Source of the DNA: Methylophilaceae bacterium
GTDB taxonomy: Bacteria > Pseudomonadota > Gammaproteobacteria > Burkholderiales > Methylophilaceae
Reading direction: 5' to 3'
DNA: 64,000 nucleotides
NCBI GenBank assembly: GCA_013141125.1
Contig: JABFRO010000003.1
Coordinates: 46,458 to 110,457 of the forward strand
Shown here: in pieces, positions 48,725 through 60,630 of the stretch
Numbering within the stretch: position 1 is the stretch's first letter
Layout of the letters: each line of letters starts with the position of its first letter
Translations under genes and position numbers: made by a program
Notes under the pieces: generated by a model
Told to the model about the DNA's origin: nothing
The model's input: only the letters and a program-made list of their open reading frames with translations
Database searches by the model: none

Positions 48725-49486
48725 TCAATAAAAACTCTGCGAGAGTGAACCCAAAATCAGCTGCCAGCCATCTACCAGCACAAACAGCATCAATTTGAAC
48801 GGTAAGGAAACGATGGCAGGAGATACCATCATCATACCCATGGCCATCAGCACGCTGGCGACCACCATGTCGATGACGATGAAGGGGATGAAGATGGCAA
48901 AGCCAATTTGAAATGCGGTTTTAAGTTCACTGGTCATAAAGGCAGGGATAAGCACGCGCAGTGAAATATCCTCAGGTGTTTTTGGTTGTTCGCTGCGTGA
49001 CATTTTCAGAAACAGCGCCAAATCCGCCTCGCGCGTTTGTTTCAGCATAAAGGTTTTAAGCGGCGCGGCACCTTTTTCCAGCGCCACTTGCATGGTGATT
49101 TTATTTTCGGATAAAGGTTGATAAGCCTCGGTATAAATTTTGTCGAACACCGGCCCCATGACAAACAAGGTTAAAAATAGGGATAAGCCCACGATGACCT
49201 GATTTGGTGGTGAGGATTGCGTGCCCAGCGCTTGCCGTAATAAAGACAGCACAATAATGATGCGCGTGAAACCGGTCATCATCAGTAATGCCGCTGGCAG
49301 AAAAGTCAGCGAAGTGAGCAGAATCAGGGTTTGTATGCTCAGGGTGTAATTTTGCCCGCCACCGGCGGCGGGGGCAGTGGTCAGCACATTCAAACCGGCG
49401 GCATCGGCGGCGCTGGCGGCCATGGGCAAGGCTAATAGCAGCGCTGTGATAGAAAAAGCGGTCAGCAGGTGTAGGGTGCATTTCAT
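48725..49486 (-). CDS. fliP: flagellar export apparatus protein FliP
   Basis: Signal peptide [11 protein letters not shown]...; conserved [27 protein letters not shown]. Confidence 0.9.
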   Translation of the reverse strand: MKCTLHLLTAFSITALLLALPMAASAADAAGLNVLTTAPAAGGGQNYTLSIQTLILLTSLTFLPAALLMMTGFTRIIIVLSLLRQALGTQSSPPNQVIVGLSLFLTLFVMGPVFDKIYTEAYQPLSENKITMQVALEKGAAPLKTFMLKQTREADLALFLKMSRSEQPKTPEDISLRVLIPAFMTSELKTAFQIGFAIFIPFIVIDMVVASVLMAMGMMMVSPAIVSLPFKLMLFVLVDGWQLILGSLSQSFY

Positions 49487-49516
49487 GCACCCAATGGTGC
49501 GTAAAACGCACCCTAC
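49471..49516. repeat. GTAG-headed REP-like double hairpin between fliO and fliP
   Basis: GTAGGGTGCatttcatGCACCcaatGGTGCgtaaaacGCACCCTAC. It overlaps the first fliP codons. Confidence 0.7.
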
Positions 49517-49553
49517 CCGAGCCAGATATTGGCATGCCGGTATATTTTTAAAT

Positions 49554-50075
49554 TCATGGCGCATCGTGTTTTGCCTTTATCTGTTCGGTGTCGGCGTATT
49601 TATTAATGGCTTGTTTTAGCCACTTGGCAAACGGATGCAGCGCTGGTGCCGGATTATCCAATGCGGCTCCCTGCTCCAGTTTGATGGCAGCACCTATCTC
49701 CAGATTCGCCAGACTATTCACCTGCCCGGGTGCCACGCCTACCACGATCCAGCGATCAGCAATTTCAATTACCACGACGCGTTCACGGCTACCTACACTG
49801 ACACCACCGACGATACGCGCCACGGCGGGATTGTTGTTGATGCCAGCGCCTATGTGCTTCACCAGCCAGGTGACTAATGCCATCACCGCCAATACCGTTA
49901 GCAGCCCCAATATCACCTGCAAAATGCCGGCGCCGGGTGATGGTGTGCTTGCCAACGTACTGGCTGGTCTGCTATCTGCGGCAACTGCGGCGTGCATGTT
50001 CATAAACAGCCATGTCATGCTGAACAGTTTGGTCAAACGCGATAGTCTGGGTGAGTTAGGCGGTTGCATACGCAT
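49554..50075 (-). CDS. fliO: flagellar protein FliO
   Basis: Single-TM small protein between fliN and fliP. Confidence 0.7.
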   Translation of the reverse strand: MRMQPPNSPRLSRLTKLFSMTWLFMNMHAAVAADSRPASTLASTPSPGAGILQVILGLLTVLAVMALVTWLVKHIGAGINNNPAVARIVGGVSVGSRERVVVIEIADRWIVVGVAPGQVNSLANLEIGAAIKLEQGAALDNPAPALHPFAKWLKQAINKYADTEQIKAKHDAP

Positions 50076-50108
50076 GATCTTTTGTGAATGAGGTTTTCAA
50101 AGAGCGTG

Positions 50109-50648
50109 TTATTTGTTGATTTTACGTATGCGTTCTGCCGGAGTAATGATGTCCGTCAGTCGAATGCCGAATTTTTCGTTGACTACCACCACTTCTCCTT
50201 GCGCGATCAGGCAACCATTTACCAGCACGTCCATAGGTTCACCCGCCATGCCATCCAACTCTACTACTGAGCCTTGTGCCAGTTGCAGCAAGTTCTTGAT
50301 GGCAATTTTGGTACGGCCCAGTTCAACCGTTAGTTGAACCGGAATATCCAGAATGAAATCAATATCATTTTGTGTTTCACGTAATTTGTTCTTTTCAGAA
50401 AACTCAGAAAAAACGGGCGTACTTTGCGTTTTGCTTTGTAAGGCTGAAGGAATGTTATTGGATTGTTCGGCCATCGCAGCACCCCAATCATCGCTATCCG
50501 TGGTGGTGGCTTCAGCTTGTTCCGCCATCGCCGCACCCCAGTCATCGGCATCAGCAGTCACTGTCTCAGCTTGTTCTGCCATTGCCGCGCCCCAATCATC
50601 TTCAGCAACCACTTCATCGGCACCGGGTTTTGTTGTTTCATTTGCCAT
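50109..50648 (-). CDS. fliN: flagellar motor switch protein FliN
   Basis: C-terminal SpoA domain (ILDIPVQLTVELGRTKI...GEVVVVNEKFGIRLTDI). The N-terminus has three DDWGAAMAEQ repeats. Confidence 0.9.
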   Translation of the reverse strand: MANETTKPGADEVVAEDDWGAAMAEQAETVTADADDWGAAMAEQAEATTTDSDDWGAAMAEQSNNIPSALQSKTQSTPVFSEFSEKNKLRETQNDIDFILDIPVQLTVELGRTKIAIKNLLQLAQGSVVELDGMAGEPMDVLVNGCLIAQGEVVVVNEKFGIRLTDIITPAERIRKINK

Positions 50649-51642
50649 CCTGCTCTCCTTTCATGAATTCCACTGCATTGGACTTCAGCAGTTTTTCTAC
50701 ACGTAATGCATATTGCCCATTAAATAACCCATATTTACATTCCATGACGGGTACGTTATCGACTTTAGCCTCTACTGTTTCGCTTAAAGGTAAAGGAATC
50801 ACATCCCCCGCTTTCATGTTCAGCACGTCGCCCAAGGTCATTTTGGCTTGCCCCAAATTGGCAATTAGTTCTACCTCGGCGATTTGGATTTGTTGGGTGA
50901 GTAACTTTACCCAGCGTTTGTCTATGCCTAATGTTTCGCCTTGCAGGCTGGAGCTCAACATGTCCCGTATCGGTTCCAGCATGGAGTAAGGCATGCAAAA
51001 ATGTACATCGCCGCCTATTGATCCGAACTCAACGCTAAATGTTGTGGCTACAACCACCTCGTTGGGTGTGGCGATGTTGGCGAACTGTGTATTCATTTCC
51101 GAACGGATATATTCACACTCAATGGCATATACCTGCTCCCATGCCTTGGAATAAGCTTCAAAAATAATATCCAATACACGTTGAATAATGCGTTGCTCGG
51201 TCTGCGTAAACTCTCGCCCCTCGACGCGGGTATGAAATCGGCCATCTCCGCCAAACAGATTGTCCACAATGAGGAATACCAGATTGGGATCAATCACAAT
51301 CAATCCGGTTCCTCTGAAGGGCTTGAACTGAATCAAATTCAGATTGGTTGGTACAATTAAGTTACGAATGAAATCGCTATATTTTGAAATGCGCACTGCT
51401 CCTACAGAAACTTCAGCAGTGCGTCTCAAAAAGTTAAACAGACCAATACGAAACAAGCGCGCAAAGCGCTCATTGATGATTTCCAGCGTTGGCAATCTAC
51501 CCCGGACAATACGCTCCTGCGTCGCCATGTTATAATCGCGCGCAATGCTCGGGTCTATCTCCTCCTTGGTGCTGGTTTGGTCGTTACCAACCCCTTTTAA
51601 GAGTGCATCAACCTCGTCCTGAGAAAGAAAGCTATCAGCCAT
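50638..51642 (-). CDS. fliM: flagellar motor switch protein FliM
   Basis: N-terminal LSQDEVDALL CheY-P binding motif. Confidence 0.95.
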   Translation of the reverse strand: MADSFLSQDEVDALLKGVGNDQTSTKEEIDPSIARDYNMATQERIVRGRLPTLEIINERFARLFRIGLFNFLRRTAEVSVGAVRISKYSDFIRNLIVPTNLNLIQFKPFRGTGLIVIDPNLVFLIVDNLFGGDGRFHTRVEGREFTQTEQRIIQRVLDIIFEAYSKAWEQVYAIECEYIRSEMNTQFANIATPNEVVVATTFSVEFGSIGGDVHFCMPYSMLEPIRDMLSSSLQGETLGIDKRWVKLLTQQIQIAEVELIANLGQAKMTLGDVLNMKAGDVIPLPLSETVEAKVDNVPVMECKYGLFNGQYALRVEKLLKSNAVEFMKGEQDGK

Positions 51643-51651
51643 GATTATTTA

Positions 51652-52140
51652 TTACTGAATAATGAAAGAGGTAAATAGCACGTCGCTAACAGTCTGCGCT
51701 TCGCCGCCTTCGGCAAATGGCTTATTGATTTCGCTGACGAGTTCCTTGGTGAGTGCGGTTTTACCCTCAAGCGTGGAGATTTCAGAACTTTTCTTGGATG
51801 ACAAAACCATCAACACCCGGTTGCGTACCAGGGGCATATGCGTTTTGATATTTTCTTCTTCATGCGCATCGGCAATTTGCAGTGACATTTCTGCTTGCAG
51901 ATACTGCTCACCCGGATCGGGCTGCAAATTGACGGTGAAAGTTTCCAGCGTCATATACACCGGTGCTTCAGCTTTTTCGTGGTGTTTTACGGTTTTATGT
52001 GCGTCTGGCTCGGCTTTTGGCTGCATGAAAAACCAGGCAGCACCGCCGCCGCCCGCCAGTACCAACACGGCAGCGACAATCATAATCATTTTTTTATTGG
52101 ATTTTGCCGGAGCGGCATCTTTCTTTGGATCCTGAGCCAT
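51652..52140 (-). CDS. fliL: flagellar basal-body-associated protein FliL
   Basis: Single TM; position upstream of fliM. Confidence 0.85.
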   Translation of the reverse strand: MAQDPKKDAAPAKSNKKMIMIVAAVLVLAGGGGAAWFFMQPKAEPDAHKTVKHHEKAEAPVYMTLETFTVNLQPDPGEQYLQAEMSLQIADAHEEENIKTHMPLVRNRVLMVLSSKKSSEISTLEGKTALTKELVSEINKPFAEGGEAQTVSDVLFTSFIIQ

Positions 52141-52183
52141 TTTTTATTCCTCTGAGATGCGTAACGTATGAGTGACGTAAGCA

Positions 52184-52209
52184 TTATCAGCAATAGCCAT
52201 GTGTTTTTA
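52184..52209 (-). promoter_or_regulatory. candidate sigma28 (FliA) promoter of fliL
   Basis: Minus strand TAAA-15 nt-CTGATAA versus the consensus TAAA-N15-GCCGATAA. Confidence 0.35.
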
Positions 52210-52342
52210 TGTCAGGAAAAGAAGTGGGAAAGTAGCTTTGATCCTAAAATCAGCGATTGAGCGGTGCAAGCGCAAGTAGGGGCAATAAAAATCATTTTGC
52301 CCGTGTCGGGTTTTTGTGGATGGCTCTTGAAACTGGCAGGGG

Positions 52343-52600
52343 TTAAGGCGCTAGCAAAGGGTCTAGTCCACCATCGAGATCCAGCGCACGTAAATCATCA
52401 AAGCCACCGATGTGCAATTCATTAATGTAAATCTGTGGCACGGTACGGCGTCCGGTTTTTTTCATCATTTCCTGACGCAGCTCGGGCTGCAAATCTACTC
52501 GAATTTTGTTGATCTCGGTTACACCCTTGTTCAGCAGCAGCCGTTCTGCACGAATGCAGTAAGGGCAAACGGCTGTGGTATACATCACGATATGCGCCAT
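52343..52600 (-). CDS. grxC: glutaredoxin 3
   Basis: CPYC active site; 85 aa. Confidence 0.9.
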   Translation of the reverse strand: MAHIVMYTTAVCPYCIRAERLLLNKGVTEINKIRVDLQPELRQEMMKKTGRRTVPQIYINELHIGGFDDLRALDLDGGLDPLLAP

Positions 52601-52614
52601 GCTTGATGACTCCC

Positions 52615-53031
52615 TTATGGTTTTCTGACAGTAGGTAGTTTCGCCTCAGCCCAGGCATTCAAGCCGCCATCCAGGCCAAAAACCTTACTGAATTCATGCT
52701 TGCGTAAAATGCCGCAAGCCTTGAGTGAGCGCGTACCTGTCTGGCAATTGACCAGAATCGCTTTATCCTTGTAGCGTTGAAGTTCCGCGATTCGATCTGC
52801 CAATTGTGCCAAAGGAATGTTTCTGGCACCGGTGATAGAGCCGCTCGCAAATTCAGCTTCATCACGTACATCCAGCACAATGGCATTGTCACGGTTGATA
52901 AGCAACACGGCGGCATTGGGCGGCAAATTGGTGTTGCCACCCACACCGCGCATTAACAACGGCCATAACAGCATGAGTCCTGAACTCAAGGCCAAGCTAC
53001 TATAAATTACTTTATCTGACAAAAATTCCAC
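52615..53031 (-). CDS. rhodanese-like domain protein
   Basis: Active-site loop CQTGTRS and an N-terminal TM helix. Confidence 0.85.
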   Translation of the reverse strand: MEFLSDKVIYSSLALSSGLMLLWPLLMRGVGGNTNLPPNAAVLLINRDNAIVLDVRDEAEFASGSITGARNIPLAQLADRIAELQRYKDKAILVNCQTGTRSLKACGILRKHEFSKVFGLDGGLNAWAEAKLPTVRKP

Positions 53032-53161
53032 GGTAATCCTTTCTAAATAATCATTATAAAAAATACTTCATTTGCGGCTTATGTTAATTGATGCGTTCAC
53101 CCAAAGTAGATGTAGCATAATATGAACTCTGCTACCTTCTATGCAAGTGGTTCTGAAAATT

Positions 53162-54733
53162 ATGCGCGAAATAAACACCCACCCTGTTTTACTGGTCATT
53201 CTGGATGGCTTTGGCCATAGCGAAACTACAGTCGACAACGCCATTGCCTTGGCGCACAAACCCAATTGGGACAAGCTTAATCGCGAACACCCGCATGCCT
53301 TGATTAACGCTTCGGAAAGTTTTGTCGGCTTGCCCAAAGGGCAAATGGGCAATTCGGAAGTCGGGCATCTTAACATTGGTGCCGGGCGCGTGGTGTTTCA
53401 GGAATTTGAGCGCATTAACCAGGCCATTGCCAGCGGTGAATTCTTCAGCAATCCGGCCTTGGTCAAAGCGGTGCAAACAGCTAAAACGACTGGCAAGGCC
53501 TTGCATATTTTAGGCTTGCTCTCAGATGGCGGGGTGCACAGCCACCAAAGCCATATTCACGCCATGCTGGAAATGGCGGCGCGCGCGGGTTTGCAAAAAG
53601 TCTATATTCATGCGTTTCTGGATGGCCGTGATACGCCACCTATCAGTGCTGCCGCTTATATTCAGTTGCTGGAAGATAAATGTAGCACACTGGGCACTGG
53701 CAAAATTGCTTCCATCGTCGGCCGCTACTACGCGATGGATAGAGACAAACGCTGGCCGCGTGTAGAAATAGCTTATCATTTGATTGCCGAAGGCGTGGGC
53801 GAATTTAGCGCCAGCAGCGCGGCCGAGGCATTGACGGCTGCCTATCAACGCGGTGAAAACGATGAATTTGTCAAAGCCACTGCGATTCGCCAATCCGATG
53901 CAACGCCATTAAGTATGGAAGATGGGGATGTTGTTGTGTTCATGAACTTCCGCTCCGACCGTGCGCGCCAACTGACGCATGCATTCCTTAATCCTGATTT
54001 TGAGGGTTTTCATCGGCGGCACGTGCCCAAGCTTGGCGGTTACTACACCTTGACCATGTACGATAAAGCCGAACTTCATGCCGAGGCTGCTTTTTCGCCA
54101 GTGAGTCTGCACAACAGCTTTGGTGAATATCTGGGCAAGCTGGGTTTGACTCAGTTGCGCATAGCAGAAACCGAAAAATATCCGCATGTGACTTTCTTTT
54201 TCAATGGTGGCGAAGAGCAGGTTTTCCCCGGAGAAGCGCGCATTCTGGTGCCATCGCCACAAGTGGCCACTTATGATTTGCAGCCTGAAATGAATGCATT
54301 TGAACTCACGGATCGTTTGCAGGAAGCCATACTAAGCCGCAAATATGATGCCATTATCTGTAATTTCGCCAATGCCGATATGGTCGGCCACACCGGCAAC
54401 CTGCAAGCCGCCATCAAGGCCATTGAAGCCTTGGATATTTGCCTGGGGCGCGTGGTGCCAGCGGCACAACAAGCCGGTTACGAAATGCTCATCACCGCCG
54501 ATCACGGCAATGCCGAGATGATGCAAGACACTATTAACCACCAAGTGCATACGCAACACACCACTAACTTGGTGCCTTTGTTATATATCGGTCGTCCTGC
54601 AAGACTGGCAGCCACCGGTGTGATTGCGAATGCCACTCTTGCAGATATTGCCCCTACTCTGCTTCAAATGATGGGGCTGGTGCAACCGGCTGAAATGACG
54701 GGTCGAGCCCTGCTGACTTTTACTGCAAATTAA
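53162..54733 (+). CDS. gpmI: 2,3-bisphosphoglycerate-independent phosphoglycerate mutase
   Basis: LVILDGFG, SDGGVHSH, TADHGNAE motifs. Confidence 0.95.
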   Translation: MREINTHPVLLVILDGFGHSETTVDNAIALAHKPNWDKLNREHPHALINASESFVGLPKGQMGNSEVGHLNIGAGRVVFQEFERINQAIASGEFFSNPALVKAVQTAKTTGKALHILGLLSDGGVHSHQSHIHAMLEMAARAGLQKVYIHAFLDGRDTPPISAAAYIQLLEDKCSTLGTGKIASIVGRYYAMDRDKRWPRVEIAYHLIAEGVGEFSASSAAEALTAAYQRGENDEFVKATAIRQSDATPLSMEDGDVVVFMNFRSDRARQLTHAFLNPDFEGFHRRHVPKLGGYYTLTMYDKAELHAEAAFSPVSLHNSFGEYLGKLGLTQLRIAETEKYPHVTFFFNGGEEQVFPGEARILVPSPQVATYDLQPEMNAFELTDRLQEAILSRKYDAIICNFANADMVGHTGNLQAAIKAIEALDICLGRVVPAAQQAGYEMLITADHGNAEMMQDTINHQVHTQHTTNLVPLLYIGRPARLAATGVIANATLADIAPTLLQMMGLVQPAEMTGRALLTFTAN

Positions 54734-54734
54734 C

Positions 54735-56153
54735 ATGAATAGGCGTGTTTGCTGTCAATTAAGTTTACTGATTTGTTTACTGTTTGGAAGTCTTGCAGCA
54801 TCTAATACAGTCTTTGCCGAAGATAAAACCACTGAAGCCAAAATGGCCTCGAAAAAAGCCCTCAATGAACTTCAGGAGCACATTGCTGTGCTGAAGCGAG
54901 AGCTGGAAAATGCGCAATCAGCGCATTCAGAAGCCGCCGATGAACTCAAGCAAAGTGAGCAGGCTATTAGCGAGGCCAATCGCAAGTTATATGTTTTGAA
55001 TCAACAGCACGCACAAAACGATGCCTCCCTGCAAACTTTGCAACAACAAAAATCCGTGCTGGAATCCCAGCTGCAACAGCAACAGCAATGGCTGAAAAAA
55101 CAGTTATATCTGCAATATGTACACGGGCAACAAAGTTACACGCAAACCGTGTTGCAACAGCAGGATCCGAGCGCTATCGCGCGGCAATTGCACTATCAAT
55201 CCTATGTGGCCAAAGCGCGCAGCCAGCGCATCGCCGCTGTGCGGCAAAATCTGGACAAAGTGGCAAAACTCAATGAAAAAACCGCTACAACCTTGCAGGA
55301 AATCAGTGACCTACAAAACCAGCAGCAGCAACAGCGCCTTGAATTGCAAAAACAAAAAAGGGTGCGCGGCCAAAAGCTGAGCCAGCTATCGACACAAATT
55401 AATGCGCAACGCGGTGAAATCGACAAACTTACGCGGGATGAAAAAAGCCTGTCTGATTTGGTTGAACGACTGGCACGTATTATTTCCAAAAAACAGATAG
55501 TGAAAAAAAATCCGCCCAAAAGCACTAATGTTCAAGCTAAATCCATCGTCAATGCTAAACCCAAGGTTCAAACAAAATCTGAAAAAACGACTACCGGTGA
55601 ACCTGTAGCCCCCAAACCTATTGAAAATAATGTGGTTGAAAGCAAAAAGTCCGCAAATGAACCCGATGAAAAAATCATAGCAACATCAGACGAATCCATC
55701 GCTAAAAATCAGACACCTGGCAAAAACGAAGTGGTATCCGCTATTGTTGAAGCAAGTTCCAGTTTTGCCTCACTTAAAGGCAGGCTCAATTTACCAGTGC
55801 AAGGCCAAGTAAGTAATCGCTTTGGCAGAGCCCGTGAAGATACCGGTATTTCATGGAAAGGCTTGTTCATAAAAGCCAGCGAGGGTGCTGAAGTGAAATC
55901 CGTTGCCAGCGGCATGATCGTATTCGCCGATTGGCTACGCGGTTTCGGCAATTTGTTGATTATTGACCACGGCGGCGGCTACATGAGCCTCTACGGTAAT
56001 AATCAGTCCTTATTGAAGCGCGTCGGTGAAGAAGTGAAGCGTGGCGATGTGGTCGCGGTGGTAGGCAACAGCGGTGGCAATGAAACCTCGGGGCTTTATT
56101 ATGAATTAAGGCGGCAGAGCAAACCGTTTGATCCGCTGAGCTGGAGCCGATAG
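54735..56153 (+). CDS. envC: murein hydrolase activator EnvC-like (coiled coil + M23/LytM domain)
   Basis: Q-rich coiled coil and a C-terminal GFGNLLIIDHGGGYMSLYG. Confidence 0.85.
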   Translation: MNRRVCCQLSLLICLLFGSLAASNTVFAEDKTTEAKMASKKALNELQEHIAVLKRELENAQSAHSEAADELKQSEQAISEANRKLYVLNQQHAQNDASLQTLQQQKSVLESQLQQQQQWLKKQLYLQYVHGQQSYTQTVLQQQDPSAIARQLHYQSYVAKARSQRIAAVRQNLDKVAKLNEKTATTLQEISDLQNQQQQQRLELQKQKRVRGQKLSQLSTQINAQRGEIDKLTRDEKSLSDLVERLARIISKKQIVKKNPPKSTNVQAKSIVNAKPKVQTKSEKTTTGEPVAPKPIENNVVESKKSANEPDEKIIATSDESIAKNQTPGKNEVVSAIVEASSSFASLKGRLNLPVQGQVSNRFGRAREDTGISWKGLFIKASEGAEVKSVASGMIVFADWLRGFGNLLIIDHGGGYMSLYGNNQSLLKRVGEEVKRGDVVAVVGNSGGNETSGLYYELRRQSKPFDPLSWSR

Positions 56154-56325
56154 ATTCGCGTTGGCTCCGTAAGTGTTTGATGTGAAAAAATTAATTCAAG
56201 TGAATGGAATTTGTATTGACTTTATCTTAATAAGTGTATTGACGCGAATCGGGGGGTGCTGCAAGATGCGATCAGATAACGCTGATTTACCGTCTCGTCA
56301 TACCTTACCGAAAAGAGAATATGCC

Positions 56326-57177
56326 ATGAACATCGCGCTGAAATTTGAAAGAGTCCTGCCTATACTGTTGATGACACTAGCGCTCAGTGCCTGCACCAAT
56401 CTGAAGGATATAAAAAGCTATGCGAACGAGTCAGCAAAACTAACGGCCTATACTGATTTGACCACCCGCTTCCGCGACACATACGAGCGCGAGCAAGCCT
56501 ATCTCCCCGATGGCGTGGTGCAGCAGCAAGCACAGGACAACGATAAAAAACGTAAAGCCGCCTATAACGACTTAATCCAGGTGCATCAGCAAATTACGCT
56601 TTATTTGCATACGCTGGCGATACTGGCGGGCGAAGATACATTCGACCTCTCGCATAATATCAATGCTGTTGGGGCTGGAATCAAAGCTAATCCCGAGTTT
56701 GGCGTGGATGCAAAACTGGTTGATGCTATAAACAAAATCACGCTAGGCATTAGCAAGGTAGCGACTGCCAGCTATCAAAAAATTGCGGTCAAAACGCTGA
56801 TTAAAGAAAGCGATGCCGATTTGCAAACCAGCCTGCAGGGTTTGCTGACGCTGATTCATGTTTACGAAAAAACCAATGACAATGAGAAAAAAACGGTATT
56901 AGGTTTTTTTGAAATGGAAATACCATTCGCGGCGAAAAAAGACAAGCTGCTCACGGCACTGGCTCGCGCCAATGCACAGGCTAGAAGTTCGGAATACAAT
57001 CGCGTACAGGAAAAATATGCCGAAGCTGAAAAAGGCATTAAGAGCATTGCTGAAGGCCATAAAAAGCTGCTGGAAAATATCGACAATCTGTCAAAATCCG
57101 AAGTTAGATCCCAGATCAGGAGGATTACTCAAGATATTAAATCGGTCAGTGAGCAACTTCAAATTGCAGCCAATTAA
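56326..57177 (+). CDS. hypothetical all-helical lipoprotein
   Basis: Lipobox LALSAC after MNIALKFERVLPILLMT. No motif recognised. Confidence 0.6.
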   Translation: MNIALKFERVLPILLMTLALSACTNLKDIKSYANESAKLTAYTDLTTRFRDTYEREQAYLPDGVVQQQAQDNDKKRKAAYNDLIQVHQQITLYLHTLAILAGEDTFDLSHNINAVGAGIKANPEFGVDAKLVDAINKITLGISKVATASYQKIAVKTLIKESDADLQTSLQGLLTLIHVYEKTNDNEKKTVLGFFEMEIPFAAKKDKLLTALARANAQARSSEYNRVQEKYAEAEKGIKSIAEGHKKLLENIDNLSKSEVRSQIRRITQDIKSVSEQLQIAAN

Positions 57178-57212
57178 TACTGAAAACGTAGTTAACTGAA
57201 TGGAGAATACAC

Positions 57213-57629
57213 ATGGCTCTCGCAACCCAGCAGCAAGTAGAAGAATTTGCCGACAGTTTGTCCAAAAGTGCAGATGCAGTGCATGAAAGGCTAATCAATG
57301 CCATCAAGAATCAAGAGGTGGATCAACTTTCCGCCCAGTCCATTTTTCAGGACGAAGCCTCCTTGCGTCAGCGTGCCAATAGCCTGTATTTGGAAGCGGC
57401 AAAATCAGTGGTAGAGGGCATCAGTGATTCACAGGAGGATATTATCAAGCTGGTTTATAGTGCGCAGGAAAAGATAAAAACCATCAAGGAAATCGCCAGC
57501 TTTATTGACCTGACTGCGGATCTTTTGGTTCTTGCTTCGGCGGCTTATGCGGCCAAGCCAGCACCTATTATCGCTGCATTAAAAGAAGTCAAGGTGGATG
57601 TAAGTGTCATTAAAAAAGAACTGGCTTAA
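57213..57629 (+). CDS. hypothetical helical protein (138 aa)
   Basis: ORF with an upstream GGAGA. No motif recognised. Confidence 0.5.
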   Translation: MALATQQQVEEFADSLSKSADAVHERLINAIKNQEVDQLSAQSIFQDEASLRQRANSLYLEAAKSVVEGISDSQEDIIKLVYSAQEKIKTIKEIASFIDLTADLLVLASAAYAAKPAPIIAALKEVKVDVSVIKKELA

Positions 57630-57845
57630 ACTTTCTTACAATCCTGCGACGTTTAAGCAGCTCGGTTTAACCATAACAGCATGTTCTAAAAGTATTGCCA
57701 GGTTTTATGTTGTTATGGCGCAAAGCTTACCTGGTGGTTGCTGGCCGAGCGTGGCAGCATTGAGACTCGGCGAAGTTTTCAGCCACACATGCGAGGGTGG
57801 CTGAGAATAATTGGCTAGAATTCTAACCATCCACAATGATCTCCT

Positions 57846-58769
57846 TTACTTGGCCAGCTGAAAATCCAGCACTTGCATATTCATCACCAAGCCTGCATCC
57901 TGAATCGGCAATACAATCGCGTCCTGGTCGGAATCGTTATGGTGCGAATGCCACCAGCCGGGCGGGGTAATGAAGGTGGAGCCGCTAGTCCACATGGCTT
58001 TAATCGGGTTGATGATATTGCCATTGTCATCAATTTTTTTGCCGATCAGGGTGTAAGTATCGGCACCTGCAGATACGCAATGGTCAATGGCGACGGAGTT
58101 ATGCCGGTGCGCAGCTTGCACTACGCCTTTGGGCAGGATGTTGTACAGCGACCACAGGGTGTGGGTTAGTGTCTTGGTATGCGGGAAGTGCGGGTTGGAC
58201 AATAGTACGCCCACGCGGTTACGCTGCTCTCCCTGCGCACGTACTTTATTCAGCTCTTCCGTGATCCGTTGTTGCGTGTATAGCACTGGTTCAAAACGAT
58301 TTTCACTGGGAATTGCACCCAAATAGCTTAACAGTGGCGCATCGTTCACCCAAAACAACACGCTGTCTTGTGTCGCTTCATGTAGCGCGGATGCCACTGC
58401 TGGCAGGGTAAATAAATCGCCGGTTTTCCAGGCAATAGTTCCGGCATCCATACTGGTGTGGCCTGCGCCGTGAATTACAAAAAACATTTGTGAAGTGGCA
58501 ACAAAATCCGTCTGCAAGCGCTCATTGGTGGCAATGCGTAAATAACCCGCGTATAGATTGGGTGTTGTGGCGGCATAAGCGGTTTTTAAGGTTGCCGACA
58601 AATCAAAGGGTATCAAACGCGTAGCCCCCGCGCCATGCATGGCACTGGGAAAGGCTTCTATCTTGATTTCAGGCATCGCCGGATTAACAGCGGACATGTA
58701 TTCCTTGAAATCAGCTTGTGCCTCCCACTGCTGCGGCAGGTCAAAAATAGGCGGTAATTGGGCGGACAT
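57846..58769 (-). CDS. bicupin-domain protein
   Basis: Two cupin-like halves (HGAGHT...; AAHRHNSVAIDH...PPGWWHSHHN). Confidence 0.7.
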   Translation of the reverse strand: MSAQLPPIFDLPQQWEAQADFKEYMSAVNPAMPEIKIEAFPSAMHGAGATRLIPFDLSATLKTAYAATTPNLYAGYLRIATNERLQTDFVATSQMFFVIHGAGHTSMDAGTIAWKTGDLFTLPAVASALHEATQDSVLFWVNDAPLLSYLGAIPSENRFEPVLYTQQRITEELNKVRAQGEQRNRVGVLLSNPHFPHTKTLTHTLWSLYNILPKGVVQAAHRHNSVAIDHCVSAGADTYTLIGKKIDDNGNIINPIKAMWTSGSTFITPPGWWHSHHNDSDQDAIVLPIQDAGLVMNMQVLDFQLAK

Positions 58770-58947
58770 GATTTCCTCGCATAAACTTGATAATAGGGGC
58801 TAGTGAAAGACGCATACGGAGTAATCATGCCATAAAATTTAACAGCAAGGTTGAAGGTGAGGTTTTTTTGGAGGCTATAGTTGTGTTGGCGAAACTTGTT
58901 TTTCATGAGCGGTGCAATACATTGTGACTCACTGCCCTTTCCAGTAA

Positions 58948-60629
<1,682 letters not shown>

Positions 60630-60630
<1 letters not shown>

